Assembly (NCBI GenBank): GCA_002245135.1
Contig: NGBS01001162.1
Location: 248,001 to 312,000 of the forward strand
DNA length: 64,000 bases
From: Proteromonas lacertae
Lineage: Eukaryota
Reading direction: 5' to 3'
This document shows, in pieces, positions 1 to 14,518 of this stretch (within the stretch, counting starts at the first letter, position 1; every line of letters begins with the position of its first letter). The notes under the pieces are model-generated. The model ran no database searches. It saw nothing but the letters and a program-made list of their open reading frames with translations, and was not told the DNA's origin. The translations under genes and the position numbers were made by a program.

Positions 1-1125
1 CAAGATTCAACAATTTTCTTTATATTATTCTTCAATACGTCATTCTTTTCAAAGAATATTAAACTAATTTTCTTACCTTGAAATAGATCTGATTTAATTA
101 TAGACGAAGGATTAGTAGATGAATTAGAAGATGATTTAAATGATACAGGATTTGATTTTGATAAATTCACTAAAGCTTTTTTTGGAATCCAAAAATGAGA
201 TTCACTAGGAAAAATGAAATGCTTTTGTTCAATGCATTCCAAAAGCCAACTTAACTTCACACAAGTTATACTGCTTCTATCAATAATATCTTTCTGAGGA
301 GGATAATCAATCAAACTATCTTCCAATATCACATAATTGATAATTGGTGAAATATCAGGAAAATAAATAATACACATTTTCCTACACAACATTTCAACAT
401 TTTGATTAAATGAAGTTGATCCATATGAAGATACTATACAATGATCAAAACTCGATAAATCATTTTCATTTGAATTTATTGAGTTATTTATTGATTGAGA
501 TAGTTTTATTGTGTCATTCTCTTCTTGCTTCGTGAGTTTATATGAATGGGTTGGAAGAGGATATTGTTTTTCGAATGAATCATATATCCATTTCGATGAT
601 AAACATTCTATTGATGTATTTGGTTCTTCTTTGTTTCTTTTTGCCATTAATTCAGGAGTGGTAATGTAATGAGTTGTAAAACCTCTTGTATAAATGGTTG
701 AAAATTCACCTCCTTCATCTGCTACTATTCTATTTATTTTTGATGTTTCATCTTCAGATAGTCCTTCTGCACAAATTATACACCCCATAAACACCGGAAG
801 TTTAAATTTATCATATGTCAAAAGTGTTTCTGCTTTTAATGACTCTTCTATCCAATTTGGATGTACTATCGGGATTTTCAGTTTAACTGCTTCCTAAGAT
901 TTAATTATAATTTCAATTGTAATATACTATGAATTTTTCTGATCCTGCATTCAATGCTAAAAGATGAGTAACAGAATTAGTTATATCATTTACTAATCTG
1001 CCTCCATTAGAAGTAATGGTCTTATTTAATTCATTCTAAAACAAATATAACTATAGCTTTTATACTTTTTCACTTTCTGACAGAGATGTAGTGCATATTA
1101 CTAGTTTATCAAATATTTTTGACAT
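1..1125 (-). CDS. Multi-BRCT protein (TopBP1/Rad4-Cut5/Dpb11-like), 5' part; continues beyond window start
   Basis: Manual splicing of two GT-AG introns (30 and 34 nt) gives MSKIFDKLVICTTSL..NGGRLVNDITNSVTHLL..KIPIVHPNWIEES..PVFMGCIICAEGL..GGEF..THYI..SKWIYDS, i.e. tandem BRCT repeats. Confidence 0.75.
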
Positions 1126-1373
1126 TTGATGATTTATTATTGGTTTATTCAAAACTAATATATGTTATACACAACGAAAAACAAAATACAATATAATACA
1201 CAATACGGAAATAAAATTGTATTTCAATTATCTTCATAATAATTATTAAAACAACCATAGTCCTTTTTCAATTAAAGTATTTATGGATATATAAACGAAT
1301 TAAATTAGAATAAAACATGATTTGAAATAATTTAAATAATATTAAAATACAAATTAATATTAAAACACATTTT

Positions 1374-2567
1374 CTAATCATCATCATCCTCTTCTTCTTC
1401 TTCAGCTCTTTTTCTCGCTGCTTCAGCTGCTAATTCTGCTTCTATTTCTTTCTCCTCAGCAATCACAGCTCTCATCAATTTCTCCTCTTCATCCATATCA
1501 GCAGTTTCTCTATTTTTCACCATTAATTCATATTCTAATAATTTTCTTCTTTCTTCTAATTCTTGCAATTTAGCTTGTTGCAACAGTCTTTGTTTCTTCA
1601 AAGCAGCTTGAATCAAATTCTCTACAGCCAATCGAGCAGTTTGAATCTTTGTTAATCTCTTCTGTATATTCTTATACAACCAAGGCATGAAATCTTCAGC
1701 AACAGCAACTTGCTTAATATCAACGAAATATCCTTCAGCTTGTAGTATATCCATCATATTCTTTCTAGCTTGAATTGCAAACTCTTTACCCATTTTAACA
1801 GCCATTATTTTATCCAATAATATCTTTTCTCTATCAACTCTTGCAGCTTCTCGTTTCATCAATCTCTGTCTTTCCTTATACTTTTCTATTTTCTTTCTTT
1901 CCATTTCTATTATTCTCTGTCTCTCATCTTCTCTTTGTTGATTTAATTCTGCTGTTCTTGCGATGATTGTAGCCATTTCTTCTTCTTCTTTAACTTCTGT
2001 TACTGATTGTTCCATTATTTTGCTTGTTAATACGAATAACAGTGGATCTACTTCATCATCAAATACAAATAAACTTCCCTCCTCCACTTGTGTTTCTACA
2101 TCTACTCCTGTTTTGAATGGAACATATTCCTCTGGCTCTGGTAAAGCAACAAATCCATCAGCTTGTTCACATTCATCTGACATTTCTGGTTTGTGCTCTT
2201 CTTCTTCTAAAAAAGGTGTAAGATCTACAGGTATGTAACCTTTGACTGGAGGACGTATATCGAATATTGAAGGTGCTTCTGGCTTTGGCTTTCGTCGAGT
2301 AGTACTTTTACCAAATGTAGATGTTTTTGACTTGTATAAACTATTTTGAGTCTATTAGATAATTATAATTTGAGTGAAATTGATACACTATTTTTTGAAA
2401 CGAATGCACTTCCCCTAACTACACGAGGATCAAACATTATATTGTTTGGAAGACTAAAATAAGAATATTCTTCATTATATATACTCATCTTCAGAAGGGT
2501 CTCTATAGAATTTATTTGGAGCAACAGACTGCGGCTTTGATGAAAATGTATATTGTCCTGAATACAT
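1374..2567 (-). CDS. RSPH3: Radial spoke protein 3 (flagellar axoneme)
   Basis: Two introns; motifs YTFSSKP, NIMFDPRVVRG, YVPFKTGVDVETQVEEGSLFVFDDEVDPLLFVLTSKIMEQS, EGYF..D..EDFMPWL. Confidence 0.93.
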
Positions 2568-2664
2568 ACACGCAATTTCTATCTATATGCTGTAATATTA
2601 TAAAAAAAATGAAATAAAAAACGGTGTAGTTCAAATCAAGAAATCAAGCCTAGATAACATAATT

Positions 2665-3687
2665 ATGGAAATCACCAAGTTGGAGCTAGATCAGGTGGCT
2701 AATGGTGAGATTTCAATATTAGAAAAGTTTGTTAAAGAAGGTGGAGATCTTAATACACCATTACCAGCAGTATAATTTGAAATATTTAAAAATTTAGGGC
2801 GATACATTATGGACTCCATTGTTATATTTCATAGCAGCAAAATCTATAGAAGCTGTTAAGGTTTGTATAAGTTTAGGAGGTAGTATGTTGTATAGAACAC
2901 CAAATGTATTTGTTTTGTTGATTAAAATTATTACTAATAGGAAGGATATACAGCTTTGCATGTTGCTGCAAGATTTGGTGGAATAGAGATAATTCAATTT
3001 CTTATAGACTCTGGTATGGATGTTGATATTACTGATAGTGTATTTATAAAGAATAATTATATATTCTATTAAATAGATAGGAAGAAATATATTACATTTT
3101 GCCTCAGCATTTGGTCAAACAGAAGTAGCTAAATTTTTAACAGAGAAATATCCACAATTAATACATAAAATAGATTCATTGGGTTATACACCATGTGACT
3201 ATGCAATTGAACATAAACACTTTGATATAGTGAATGAATTATCTTTGAAAATAAACACAATAAAGAATGGTATATAGAATTTTTATACTTTAATTTATAT
3301 GATAATAGAAAATCGAGCAAAAGAAATGAAAGGTTGGTTAGAGCCAATTGGTTGTATTCAATATTTAGGTGTTTTATTAGATAATGGATACGACATGCAG
3401 AGTTTATCTGATCTTGGAGGACCTACAGAAGATGATTTAGATAAAATGGGAATAAAAGCGAGAATGGATAGAAAGAAATTATCTTCACTATATCATTTTC
3501 CTAAACAATCCACAGAGTTGAAAGAAGAAAAAGAAAAAGAAGAAGAAGAAGATGATGATGATGAAAGTAATGATGATGAAGATAGTGATGAAGAGGATAG
3601 TTCAGATTGAATCCAGGAGATTGCTGGCTCCAGTGGAAGGAGAGTGATGAAGATGAAGAAGATGAAGATGAAGAAGATAGTGATTAG
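2665..3687 (+). CDS. Ankyrin-repeat + SAM domain protein with acidic tail
   Basis: Spliced GYTALHVAARFG, GRNILHFASAFGQ, GYTPCDYA; SAM-like WLEPIGCIQY..TEDDLDKMGI..DRKKL. As assembled it stops at 3610, but the acidic tail continues in another frame to TAG 3687 (probable indel errors). Confidence 0.8.
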
Positions 3688-3855
3688 TTTATTTTAGTTT
3701 ACTATTTAATTATTTATTTCAATTTAACTCTTTTGTATATGACATTTAAAATTATATCACACAAAAACAACCAAAAAAAAATAACCACAATAAATATATA
3801 AATTACACATAAAAATTGGATGAAAAAAACTATATAAGTAACATACTTCAACCAT

Positions 3856-4913
3856 TTAATATTTAAATGGTTCAACATTATCAAAAGACCTTGATAATTC
3901 TTCATCATCAGGATCAACTTCCTTTAATTCTTCCATTGTTGGTATTTGATGCCTTTTATGATTATACTTAGGAGGTTCGGAAGAATTATCATTGTCTTCT
4001 ATATCAAATGCATCGGCATTTTCAAAATTACCATTTACATTGTTAGAATTCGATTTTATAGATGTATAATTAGGAGAATCTTCATTTATACTAACAGACG
4101 GTGAATCATCATGAACAGCTGGAGATAATCGTTGATAACTTGCATGTAGTACAATATTCTTCCTCGCCAATGCTTCAGAAGATGTTGATGCTGATGATGA
4201 ATTTATATCACGAACTGAATTATTTATTTTCATTTTTTCTTTCATTGCTGGAGGTTTTCTAGCAGATAATGATGTTATATTGTATTGTGGACTATATTAT
4301 ATAATATATATTACTATATACTCTCTATATGGACAATTCTTTCTAGTTTTACACCATAAATCTTTTAGATTATCTGGTATTACTACTTCTTTACCCCATT
4401 GTTTTTGCCAAGGATAGTCAGCATATGGTAGACCACATAATCTTACTAAAACTGCCATCCAGTGACGATAACTCTCTATATCTGGTGCATTAAATACAAA
4501 ATTTCTGGAAAAAGCAGATATTACAAAAACTGTATCTTTACTTTTGTTTATTTCTGATTCTACATAGTCCAGGCGTTGAGCTTCAGCAGTTTTACGGTTT
4601 CCTAAGAAAAATGTGGTAGGTAAAGGTTCCTATTATTAATAACATTAATCATATTAAGTATACTTTACCAGAATATAATTCATCTATTTCTTTTATAAAA
4701 ATCCAACCACTTGGATCATTTTCTTCAGTTGGTGTTGGAGGCCCATTCCAATAGCATAAAGCTAATTCACCCATTCCAATATTCTGAATAGTTACCCATC
4801 TAATTATTACAGAGAAAAACATACCTTCTATTCCATCTACCACCTATTTTAAATTTTGAACTTTTTAATTTGTTTAACCAACCTCTAATTATTGCGTCTT
4901 CGGAATAAGGCAT
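3856..4913 (-). CDS. PH-domain protein
   Basis: Spliced IIRGWLNKLKSSKFKIGGRWNRRWVTI..FVISAFSRNFVFNAPDIESYRHWMAVL; three GT-AG introns. Confidence 0.75.
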
Positions 4914-5030
4914 ATTCAAGTCCTTCAATTTTTATAAAAAAAGAAAAAACGATAAAAAGAAATATAACTGCTGATTTCACAAGTCAAGCCTATTAGATCT
5001 ATTTCTTCATCTTAAGATATACACCAATAA

Positions 5031-8000
5031 ATGGATGATCGTGAAAGAATCTATAAATGCTATGATGGAAAAGTAACATATCATGTGGTATAAAAGTTAA
5101 TATCTAAGAATTTTTAGAATAATGAGGTTGTACATAAATTCGAGCTTAAATATATAAATGAATTAAACGTAGAAAAATATAAAAAAGCAGTAGAATGCTC
5201 TTAAAAACGTTTCGAAGTTCATTCACACTCCAAGAATAGAATGTGACACTATTTTCTTAAGGATAATTGCAGATTATAGTAATAAGAGTATAATAGATGC
5301 TGAAATAAAGAATAATTATATAGTCATCTATTTTAAAAATCTATTGAAAATAGTAGACATATTTAAGGAAAATAATTTAGTGTGTGGAAATTTAAAACCT
5401 TCCAATTTACTTTTTGCAGATACAAATGAAGATAAATATCACTTCATTGTAATTGATCATAGTCAATACTTGCTTTATAATAGAACATCAGATTATTCAT
5501 ATTATATCAGTCCAGAGCAATTAAAGTGTGAAGAAATTGATTACAAAACTGATGTTTATTTATGTGGTTTAATATATTATTATTTAATTTTTAAATGTGA
5601 TTATTTTACATCATCCACTCCAAGTTCAATCATACAGCAAATGAGCAATTCAGATGGAATAATTGATAGATTACCAGTTTCAAATAGGAGAAAAGATGAA
5701 ATGAAATCAATGTTGAAATATAAGAAAGATAAAAGAAATATAGATTTATTTATAGAAATATATAATGAAAAACTGAAAATTAAATTTTTTAAAGAACCTG
5801 AAGAATATCATGAAAATATATTTAAAGCATGTTTATTAAATGAAATACTAAAAATGGAAATACTCAAAGAATTGTATAAGAGAGATTCAAATAATAGATT
5901 ATATCATGATTTAATAAATCTATTTAGATGTATTTACTCATCAAACCAAGCTCTATTAAGAGGTATAAAATATACATTATGGATATATATTTGTAGATTG
6001 TGATATAAAGAACAAATATCTTCAAAATGATCTTCAAAATAATCAACATATTAACAGTATTATATTTGATTCAATATTCAGTCAATCACTCCCGCATATA
6101 GATATGAATAACATTAATCTTCAATCGATAGAATTACATAATTTATATAATTCTGCACACAGATTTACAGAAAGAATAATAGAATTCATTAAATACACAC
6201 ATCCAAAAGAAATTAAATTCACTGGCCACACTTTTATAGGTAATGTAAGAGCGAATTATAAAGATGCTAGTATACACGTGTTTCGTGGAATAAATGATAC
6301 TATTAACGTTGAAACACTTGTAATGTATTCTAATCATCATGAATTTTTATCTAATGTATATTCCTTTTCATCATCACTAAAATCATTAAGTCTTTATTAT
6401 CCTGATGATGAAATACTAAAGAAAGAATATTCGGCTAACCTATACACTAATTCCTTATATAAAATGCTGCAAATTATATCAAATTTTAAAAAATTAGAAT
6501 CAATAGATATTGAAGCGTATTTTTTGAACAAAGAAAATATTATATCATTATTATCTGAACAACTAAAATTACTTCCTAAATTGTCATGTTTAAAATTGAA
6601 ATTTATAGATAGAAGCGTTAGTAATGATAGAAACAAGAATGTGAGTTTATTAGTTGATTCATTATTAACAATTACTACTTTGAAAGCTGTAACATTATTA
6701 GCAATACCTGAAGATAACAATGTGATTATCAGATTAGTTGATAATATTTCAAGATTAAGCCAATTAGAGAATTTAGAGTTTATCTGTATTTCTTATTGTA
6801 GTTATATTTTGAATAGTTCCAAATCCTAATAATGATGTTATAAATAGCTTATTCAACAATTCAACTTATTTAAATCAACTAAAGTCATTATTAATTCATT
6901 ATCCACAGATTATGCCTAATCCAAAAAGAGACTATTCAGATGAATGTAATAATTTAACAAATTTGAAACATTTGAAGTTGAAAGGTGGAAAAGATATTCC
7001 ATTCTTTTTAAAGAGTATGATGAATGTGAATTGGAAATATTTAGAAGAATTATCCTTATCTTCAGAGAGTATTATATACACTGTAATTGTTATTGTTATT
7101 ATATAATAGATATAGAGTTACTGAGTTTATTACCCAGTGTTTATTCTACAATAACACAATTAAAATCATTATCAATTGAAGTTAATAATGAAAATGATGA
7201 GATGATCAATCACAACATATGTGATGGTATATCTCAACTAAGTAACTTAGAAGAATTGGATTTATCCAAGCTGAATATTGATGAAGAATATTTGATAAAC
7301 AATTTCAAATATTTCAATAAAATGAAAATATTAAGATTAAAATGTGTTAATCCATCCAATTCTGAGTTATTTATTAAACATATGAAGAATTTAACCAATT
7401 TAGTTGAGTTATCATTAGAATATATTTCTGAAACTGTTTATATGAACAAATTATTTTTAAGATATTTACCAAATCTTCAATTCTTATTAATTGATAATTC
7501 TGATCAAATGAAATGTATATTTTTTTATTTTAAACATTTTTCTATTGCAATAGATTTGTTAGACGTTATTAATTATCCTACTTTCACATCATCTCTAGAT
7601 AATAAGAATAATGTCAATAACTCAGAATCTAAAGAATCTAGTAATGATAGAAATATTTGCCTAAATAATATAGAATTTCACAAAATTGTTGTTGAGTTTA
7701 TAGAATTTATTACAAATAATATTAGACCTTTATCAGTGATAGGTTTTATGAAAGAATTTATTAAGCCAATAAAATCAATTAAACAGTATATTTCAATTGT
7801 GGATATAAAACAGGTGAGTGATAGTTTAAATACAATTAATAATTTTTCAGATATTGATTGTTATTTGCCAGATGAACATAAATTATTTTTACACGAAATA
7901 TATAATCATTACCCAAAATATAATATAATCAATAAATCTGAAACAAATAAATCTACAATTGTGAAGTTTATTGATGAGAAAATATCTAATTTAAGAAAAC

Positions 8001-8421
8001 ATGATTATTATTTAAATATAAATCAAACTTATTGCGGAGATGATGGTTTGAAATATATTTGTGGATTTTCCAACAGATTTAGTAATTTATTATGTTTATC
8101 TCTTTACGACAATTTAATTACTTCAAATGGAATGAAGTATCTTATATCAATACTTTGTTATATGCCAAAATTAACATATCTCAATTTAGAAAGTATTAAT
8201 TTTTGTTTTACATATATATTATCATAGATAATGGAATAGATAATGATGGATGTTATAATTTAGCTTATCATTTATATTATATGAAGGAGTTGAAAATGAT
8301 AAATATGAAAAGAAATAAAATTAGTAGTGAAGGAGTTATAAGTATGTGTTATTACAAGAAGTTGTATGGAATGAATGTGTATTTGTTCGTAGATAATGAT
8401 TTAATGAAATATGTTGGTTAA
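5031..8421 (+). CDS. Pseudokinase fused to a long leucine-rich-repeat region
   Basis: CGNLKPSNLLF, YISPEQL, KTDVYLCGLI; LRRs such as LSNLEELDLS, LCLSLYDNLITSNGMKYL, NGIDNDG, NKISSEG; exons joined by canonical introns; one +1 break near 5194-5204. Confidence 0.75.
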
Positions 8422-8485
8422 CGTAATAAGAATTGTATAATTATACACATTTTCATTTAAAAAATCATATTACATATACACTAAA

Positions 8486-9267
8486 TTAAAAATCAGCTGT
8501 TTTTCTCTTTATTTTTGGTTTTATTTGGTTATAATCACTTGAAGAATGTATTTTAAATCCAAATACTGTTGGAATGTATGTATTAACAGGTTCTTTACTT
8601 AAATGATGAGGATATGTCATAAAAAACAAATTTGCAAATGTAGTGCCAATATAAGCTCCATCAATATCTATATAAAAAATACACAATTAACTTAATTAAT
8701 AATAATAATACTTGTTGGTATATTAGGTGTGTAAATATCATTACAATTTGGACAATATATTTTCATATGTCTTTCTCCAGGATTATCCGATAGTCCAATT
8801 GGTACAACAGGCTGTCCATTACATAATGCTCTAGGACATCTTCCAAAACAACAATTGTCATATTTCTTCTTCTATTTTTATTATATTAATATATTCTATG
8901 ATTTATACCATTGCTTCTAATCCTTGAGATGTTACTATATATCTTGCATGTATTAAGCCATATAGTTTAACTATTGAATTTTCAAGTTTTTTAAAATCTA
9001 TATCTTCATTAATTTCATAATCTAATATTATATCATAACAGTAAGCAAAATGTTGACTCGGTAACATTTCTTCCAATCCATATAAATTAAACGAGTCAGC
9101 AATAAATGATTCATCCACCTATCATATTAACATATCAAAATACTGGGCAATAATATATATTTTCTGGTCTGCTGCAATATTCTATTATCCAAGGTTGTTC
9201 ATCTTCACTATTCAACTGTTAAATATTTAAATATATACTCTGTTGATGATGATGATGTACCATACAT
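8486..9267 (-). CDS. CSNK2B: Casein kinase II regulatory beta subunit
   Basis: PWIIEYC..VDESFIADSFNLYGL, LYGLIHARYIVT, FGRCPRALC, YCPNCNDIY, IDGAYIGTTF, VFGFKIH. Confidence 0.96.
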
Positions 9268-9328
9268 TTTATATTCAAGATATAATCTTCAAGCCTTATC
9301 AAGCTTTTTAATACTCTTTTTTGCTAAA

Positions 9329-10044
9329 ATGGGTAAGAAAGAAAATGAAGGTATTTTATATTTCATTATTATAAAATTATAGATATCGTTATTGATACAG
9401 GAAACACACAATTAGCAGAAAAAACACTCTCTGACAACATTTGTGAAGTATTTCTCATTGTTTATTGAATTAGATTATGACAGAATTAGGATATACAGAA
9501 AGTACAAGAGATAAAGATATTAAACTATGTCTTTTAACACTTGCGTATTCTTTTATCCAAATATAACAACTATAGTTGCATTCTTGGATTATATTCTCAT
9601 TTCAATCCGTATAAATTCCCAGACAATAAGTGGATTTTGATTATATGTGTTGCAGGTTATGCATTATTAAATGTAATTCATGATTGGTTTGACTCATCAT
9701 TGGATCATATTGTAATGAGAGCTTATGGAGGAAATGTATTGCATTTGAAATAATTTCTAATAGATTACAACTATCTCAGAAAAAGATGCTTTCTTTGTCA
9801 AATTCTGGTTTCCACGTTATGATGATAAGTATTTTTATCTATAAATATAATAATATATAGAGTGTTTTTGTATATTGAAACTGGTCCTACATTACTGCAT
9901 ATGAAAGAAGGTGGTGAATTTTGTGTTGGAGACTTTTTTGATTCTGACGGTGTGATTCATAAGGAACCATTAAAAGCTGAAATTAAGAAAATACTCAATA
10001 AATTAGAAACTCAACTTAAGGCAAATAAAAGCAAAAAAGAATAA
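9329..10044 (+). CDS. SPCS2: Signal peptidase complex subunit 2 (SPC25)
   Basis: Spliced GYTES..DIKL, two TM segments (FPDNKWILIICVAGY), PRYDDK, VGDFFDSDGVI. Confidence 0.85.
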
Positions 10045-10163
10045 CCATTTTCTCTCTCTCTTTTAATGTTTTATTTTTGAATTTGAAATATTAAATACAC
10101 AAAATATTTGAAATAATAGGGATAGTTTATATAAATCTATTGTAAAAAATATATAAAATGGAA

Positions 10164-10598
10164 TTAATGTTGAGTCAACTCAGATTCATCAAAAATACCA
10201 GGCATCATAGTGTTTAATTTTTCTAGAACAATATAAAAAGAACATCAATATACCAGCAACAGCAGTGACAATACCAGATCTGTGAGAATTAATGCCTCTC
10301 TCTTGGAGCCAATACCACATAGCGTCACAATGATCTTGGGTATTCATGTCTTTACCTTTAAACATCAAGAATTTTCCGAACAGTTGATAAGTTGTTGTAA
10401 CCTAACAGATATTAAGATAAAAAATACACCACCTTTATTGAGATTCTCAACTGCTTTTGGGCCAATTCCTGGTACCTATAAATTTTACGAAGTAAACAAT
10501 ACTGATGTAAGTTCTTCATTAATTTCAGATGTAATGAATGTAGCTAAGGCATCAGCGCTAACTTGAGATCTTTGAATATCAAAACCTTCTTTAGACAT
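10164..10598 (-). CDS. Barrier-to-autointegration factor (BAF)-like HhH protein
   Basis: Not in the ORF track; three canonical introns give MSKEGFDIQRSQVSADALATFITSEINEELTSVPGIGPKAVENLNKGGVTTTYQLFGKFLMFKGKDMNTQDHCDAMWYWLQERGINSHRSGIVTAVAEKLNTMMPGIFDESELTQH*. Confidence 0.75.
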
Positions 10599-10788
10599 TA
10601 GTATAAGATTTTAAAAAATAAGCCTCAAAAATTTGAATTTATGTAAATATTGTCCAATCATATTACAGCTCGAGTAAAAAAGTTTGAGAGATTTAGATTA
10701 AACTAAAATGATGGATAGAGATGATATTTTCAAACACAATTATTATAATATATCTATTTTTAATATTATTTTATCGTTTATTAACATT

Positions 10789-12307
10789 TTACAACTTCAT
10801 ATGTAATTCTTTTACAGCTTCATCGCATAACCTTTGTCTATGATCAGGATGAGCAATGGATATCAGCAATTTTGCTCTTTCTCTTATGTTTTTACCAAAC
10901 AAATCAACTATTCCATACTCTGTTGCAACATACCTTGCATTTGCTCTTGTAGTAACAACACCAGCTCCTGGTTTTAATACTGATGAAATTCTACTTTCTC
11001 CACGTTTTGTAATACTTGGCAAAGCAATTACTGACTTGCCATTTGGACATAAACTTGTTCCATAAAGAAAATCAACTTGACCTCCAAATCCTGAATATAT
11101 TCTATACCCTATTGAATCTGAACATATTTGACCAGTCAAATCAATCTCTATTGCTGAATTAATTGAAACCATTTTGTAATTCTGGCTTATTATGTAAGGA
11201 TTATTGGTTTGATCTACATCTCTTAATGCAATGTCTTTATTATAATTCATAAAATCATACAACTTCTTTGTACCTAATGCAAATGTGGAAGTTATTAAAC
11301 CATTTTCAACTGTTTTCTATATAAAATAGCTAAATATAAATTATATATAAATACATATTTACCAGTAATGATTCCTTTATTATATAAAGTAATTATTCCA
11401 TCACTAAATATTTCAGTATGAACTCCTAAATCTTTATAACCTGTTAATTTTGTTAAAACAGCTTCAGGAATTGAACCAATTCCTACTTGAACAGTTGAAT
11501 GATCTTCAATTAGTTTTTCTGCTATTAAGCTAGCAATTTTATCACTCACTTCATCACTTTTTGATGGTACTTCTATTATACTATGATTATCTTCAATTGC
11601 ATAATCAATATTAGATATATGAATTATTCCATTTCCATATACAAATGGCATTGATTTGTTTATAATTGCTATTATTTTCTTGGATGATTTTATTCCTGTC
11701 ATAGCTTCTGCACAAGTGATTCCTAATGAACAATATCCATCTTTATTAGGAGGAGTGACTTGTATAAATGAAATATCTGGCTTATAATATTCTCTTAAGA
11801 ATTTTGGAACATCACTGAAAAACATTGGAGTATATTCTACTAAACCATATTTATATGCTTTTCTTTCAGCTGCTCCCATAAACAATACTCTATTTTTGAA
11901 TATTCCTTTACAATCTATTTATGAATTACTAATTGTTCATTGACTATACCTTCTTGAATGTATTTCTGTTCACCGCAAGGGAATAATTGACATACTTCTA
12001 TATTCTTTAATTTATTCTCTTTGGCATGCTATTCAATAAACTCAATTTATCTAAAATACTGTAGTTAACTCATTACACAGTCTTTCAGCATAACCACCTC
12101 CACTAGGTGTATAAATCTATATAATAATGATACAAATAAATTCAATACCTTCATATTGCTATTTATGTTAGACATGGCAGTATTATAATCACAAAATTGT
12201 GTTTTTTTATTTTTATTTATGCCCCAAGGTTCTCTTTTCAAACAAAGATTAGAAATAAACCTGTTTGAGATTTTGAAACTTCTTCTAAGATGAGAAAAAC
12301 CAATCAT
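10789..12307 (-). CDS. Acetate:succinate CoA-transferase (acetyl-CoA hydrolase/4-hydroxybutyrate CoA-transferase family) with putative organellar presequence
   Basis: QVGIGSIP, DLGVHTE, INSAIEIDLTGQ, SGFGGQVDF, VATEYG, LISIAHPDHR; N-terminus MIGFSHLRRSFKISNRFIS is basic with no acidic residues. Confidence 0.92.
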
Positions 12308-12387
12308 ATCAAAAGTTTCACCAATTGTTTCCCCAATTTAAAAACAACAAATAAACAGAAAAAATGATTAACTATTATAAATTTTAA

Positions 12388-13865
12388 TTAAGCTAAATAA
12401 TGATATGTATTTGGATCTTTTTCATCTCTTTCAATATATTCTCTATCAATTAAATTTTCAATCCTTGATTTAATTGCTTCTACGGCTGGTTTAAACATTT
12501 GTAACTGTTCCAAAACCATACTAATCAACTTGGAATGGTTTAATTGTCTTCTAGACTTCATTATTCTTACAATGGCAGCTTCAATAGCTAGAGATCTATT
12601 CTCAATCGTTTTCTCTTTATAAACTGTATTATCAACTACAGGCATTGGTATAACAACTCTTTTAGAAGCAGACACAAATTTCTCATTTAATCTAAGTATA
12701 TCACCAGGCTGAACTACTTTTTTATTCTCATCATCATCACCTTCATCTTCATTCTTACCTTCTTTATATTTTCTTAACAATTTATACTTTGAAAACAATA
12801 ATGGGCTAATTATCCTTTTACACATACCATCATCACATTGAAACATATCTTTAGCATTATCATAACTGATTTCATTCTTCTTATTAAACTGTAATAACAA
12901 TATCGCTTGTGGTAATGATACTTGAATAGTATATTCTCTATTATCACACATCTTTCCTTCCATTAATATAATACTCTCATTATGAATATAATGTAATATT
13001 CTTCGAGGATATAACTGTTTATAGTAATTATTAAATGCTGTTATATATTTCATCATACTTTCTGGTAGTATTGGATTGAAATCCTTATTCGGAGTTGGCC
13101 AATAAGCTTGAGTTAATATTTTAATATAGAAATCAATTATTCTTTTGCCAGAAGATGCTTTATTCATCATTTCTTTTATTATTTCATGGTATTTATTATA
13201 TTCTTCAATATTACTGGTTAAATCATTCAGCATTCCTTCTAATTTACAAGTTAATTGAGGACCACATTTCAATCTAAAACAGTCAATCATATGCTTCTCA
13301 AATTCATAAGAAGTTGTTTTCTCTTCTAATAATCTTCTACTTAAATGTGTTCTATATATTGTACTGAAAATATCTTTATCTTCTACATAACAGAATAATT
13401 CCACGATTGTAGTTAGTTTGCTCTCTGTTTCATCAATATTGAAATGACCTTTTACAGCTTCATTAATGAAATGGTCACAGTATGATGACAATAATTCAGC
13501 TGTATAATATTTACCAATTTGTTTATTGATATATGTAGAAAATGATTTATTCACTGCGCTGTGAATGAAAGGAGAATCGGAATATTCTTTATTGATCATT
13601 TGAAAGACAGAGTTATATAAATCTAACAATTGTTGAATAAATACATCATCTTGAGGTTTATCTTTTTTGTATTTTTCAATTCTTATTTTTCTTTCGTTTA
13701 TATATCTTTCACAACAGTCGTTTAAAAATTTTAATAAGATATTACCAATATGTTCTAATCCATTTGGTATTTCATTATATAATTTGGTTATTCTGTTTAA
13801 TTCTACTATTTTTTTATTCTCTAATAAATAATATAAACCATATTTATCATGACAAACCAACTGTT

Positions 13866-13904
<39 letters not shown>

Positions 13905-14247
13905 GTTTGTTTAGTAATTATTATTATACGTGTTCAGTGATTAATTGTTGATATACAGCATCCATTACAACTTTTAGTGAGGAAGGAATACATTCTTTTA
14001 ATCTTTCAATTTCTTTATTTACTAATATTTCACACTATATATACATAATATAATAATAATTATGATTATCAATTATACATTTTCAATGTATTGGATTGGA
14101 TTTAATTCGTTTATCATAGTAATTGATACTCCTTGATAATATTCACTCGTATCAGCAACTACTCTTGGCTCTAGTGAAGAATGATAACAATCATTTGAAC
14201 TATTTGTATCATAATCCTTAAACAACTATATTATAATAATTTATAAC

Positions 14248-14296
<49 letters not shown>

Positions 14297-14478
14297 ACTA
14301 TTTCTCTTATAAGTGTATGATCAATTTTCTGATTATCTCTATCATAATGTAATAATATGATTATATGTTCAATTAATTTCTTCATATGATTTCTGAATAC
14401 TTCTTTTATAAATATTTTACGGCAAGCTTCTTTTAATGAATCTAGTTTCTTCTTTTTTATATAATATCGATTCTAATT

Positions 14479-14518
<40 letters not shown>

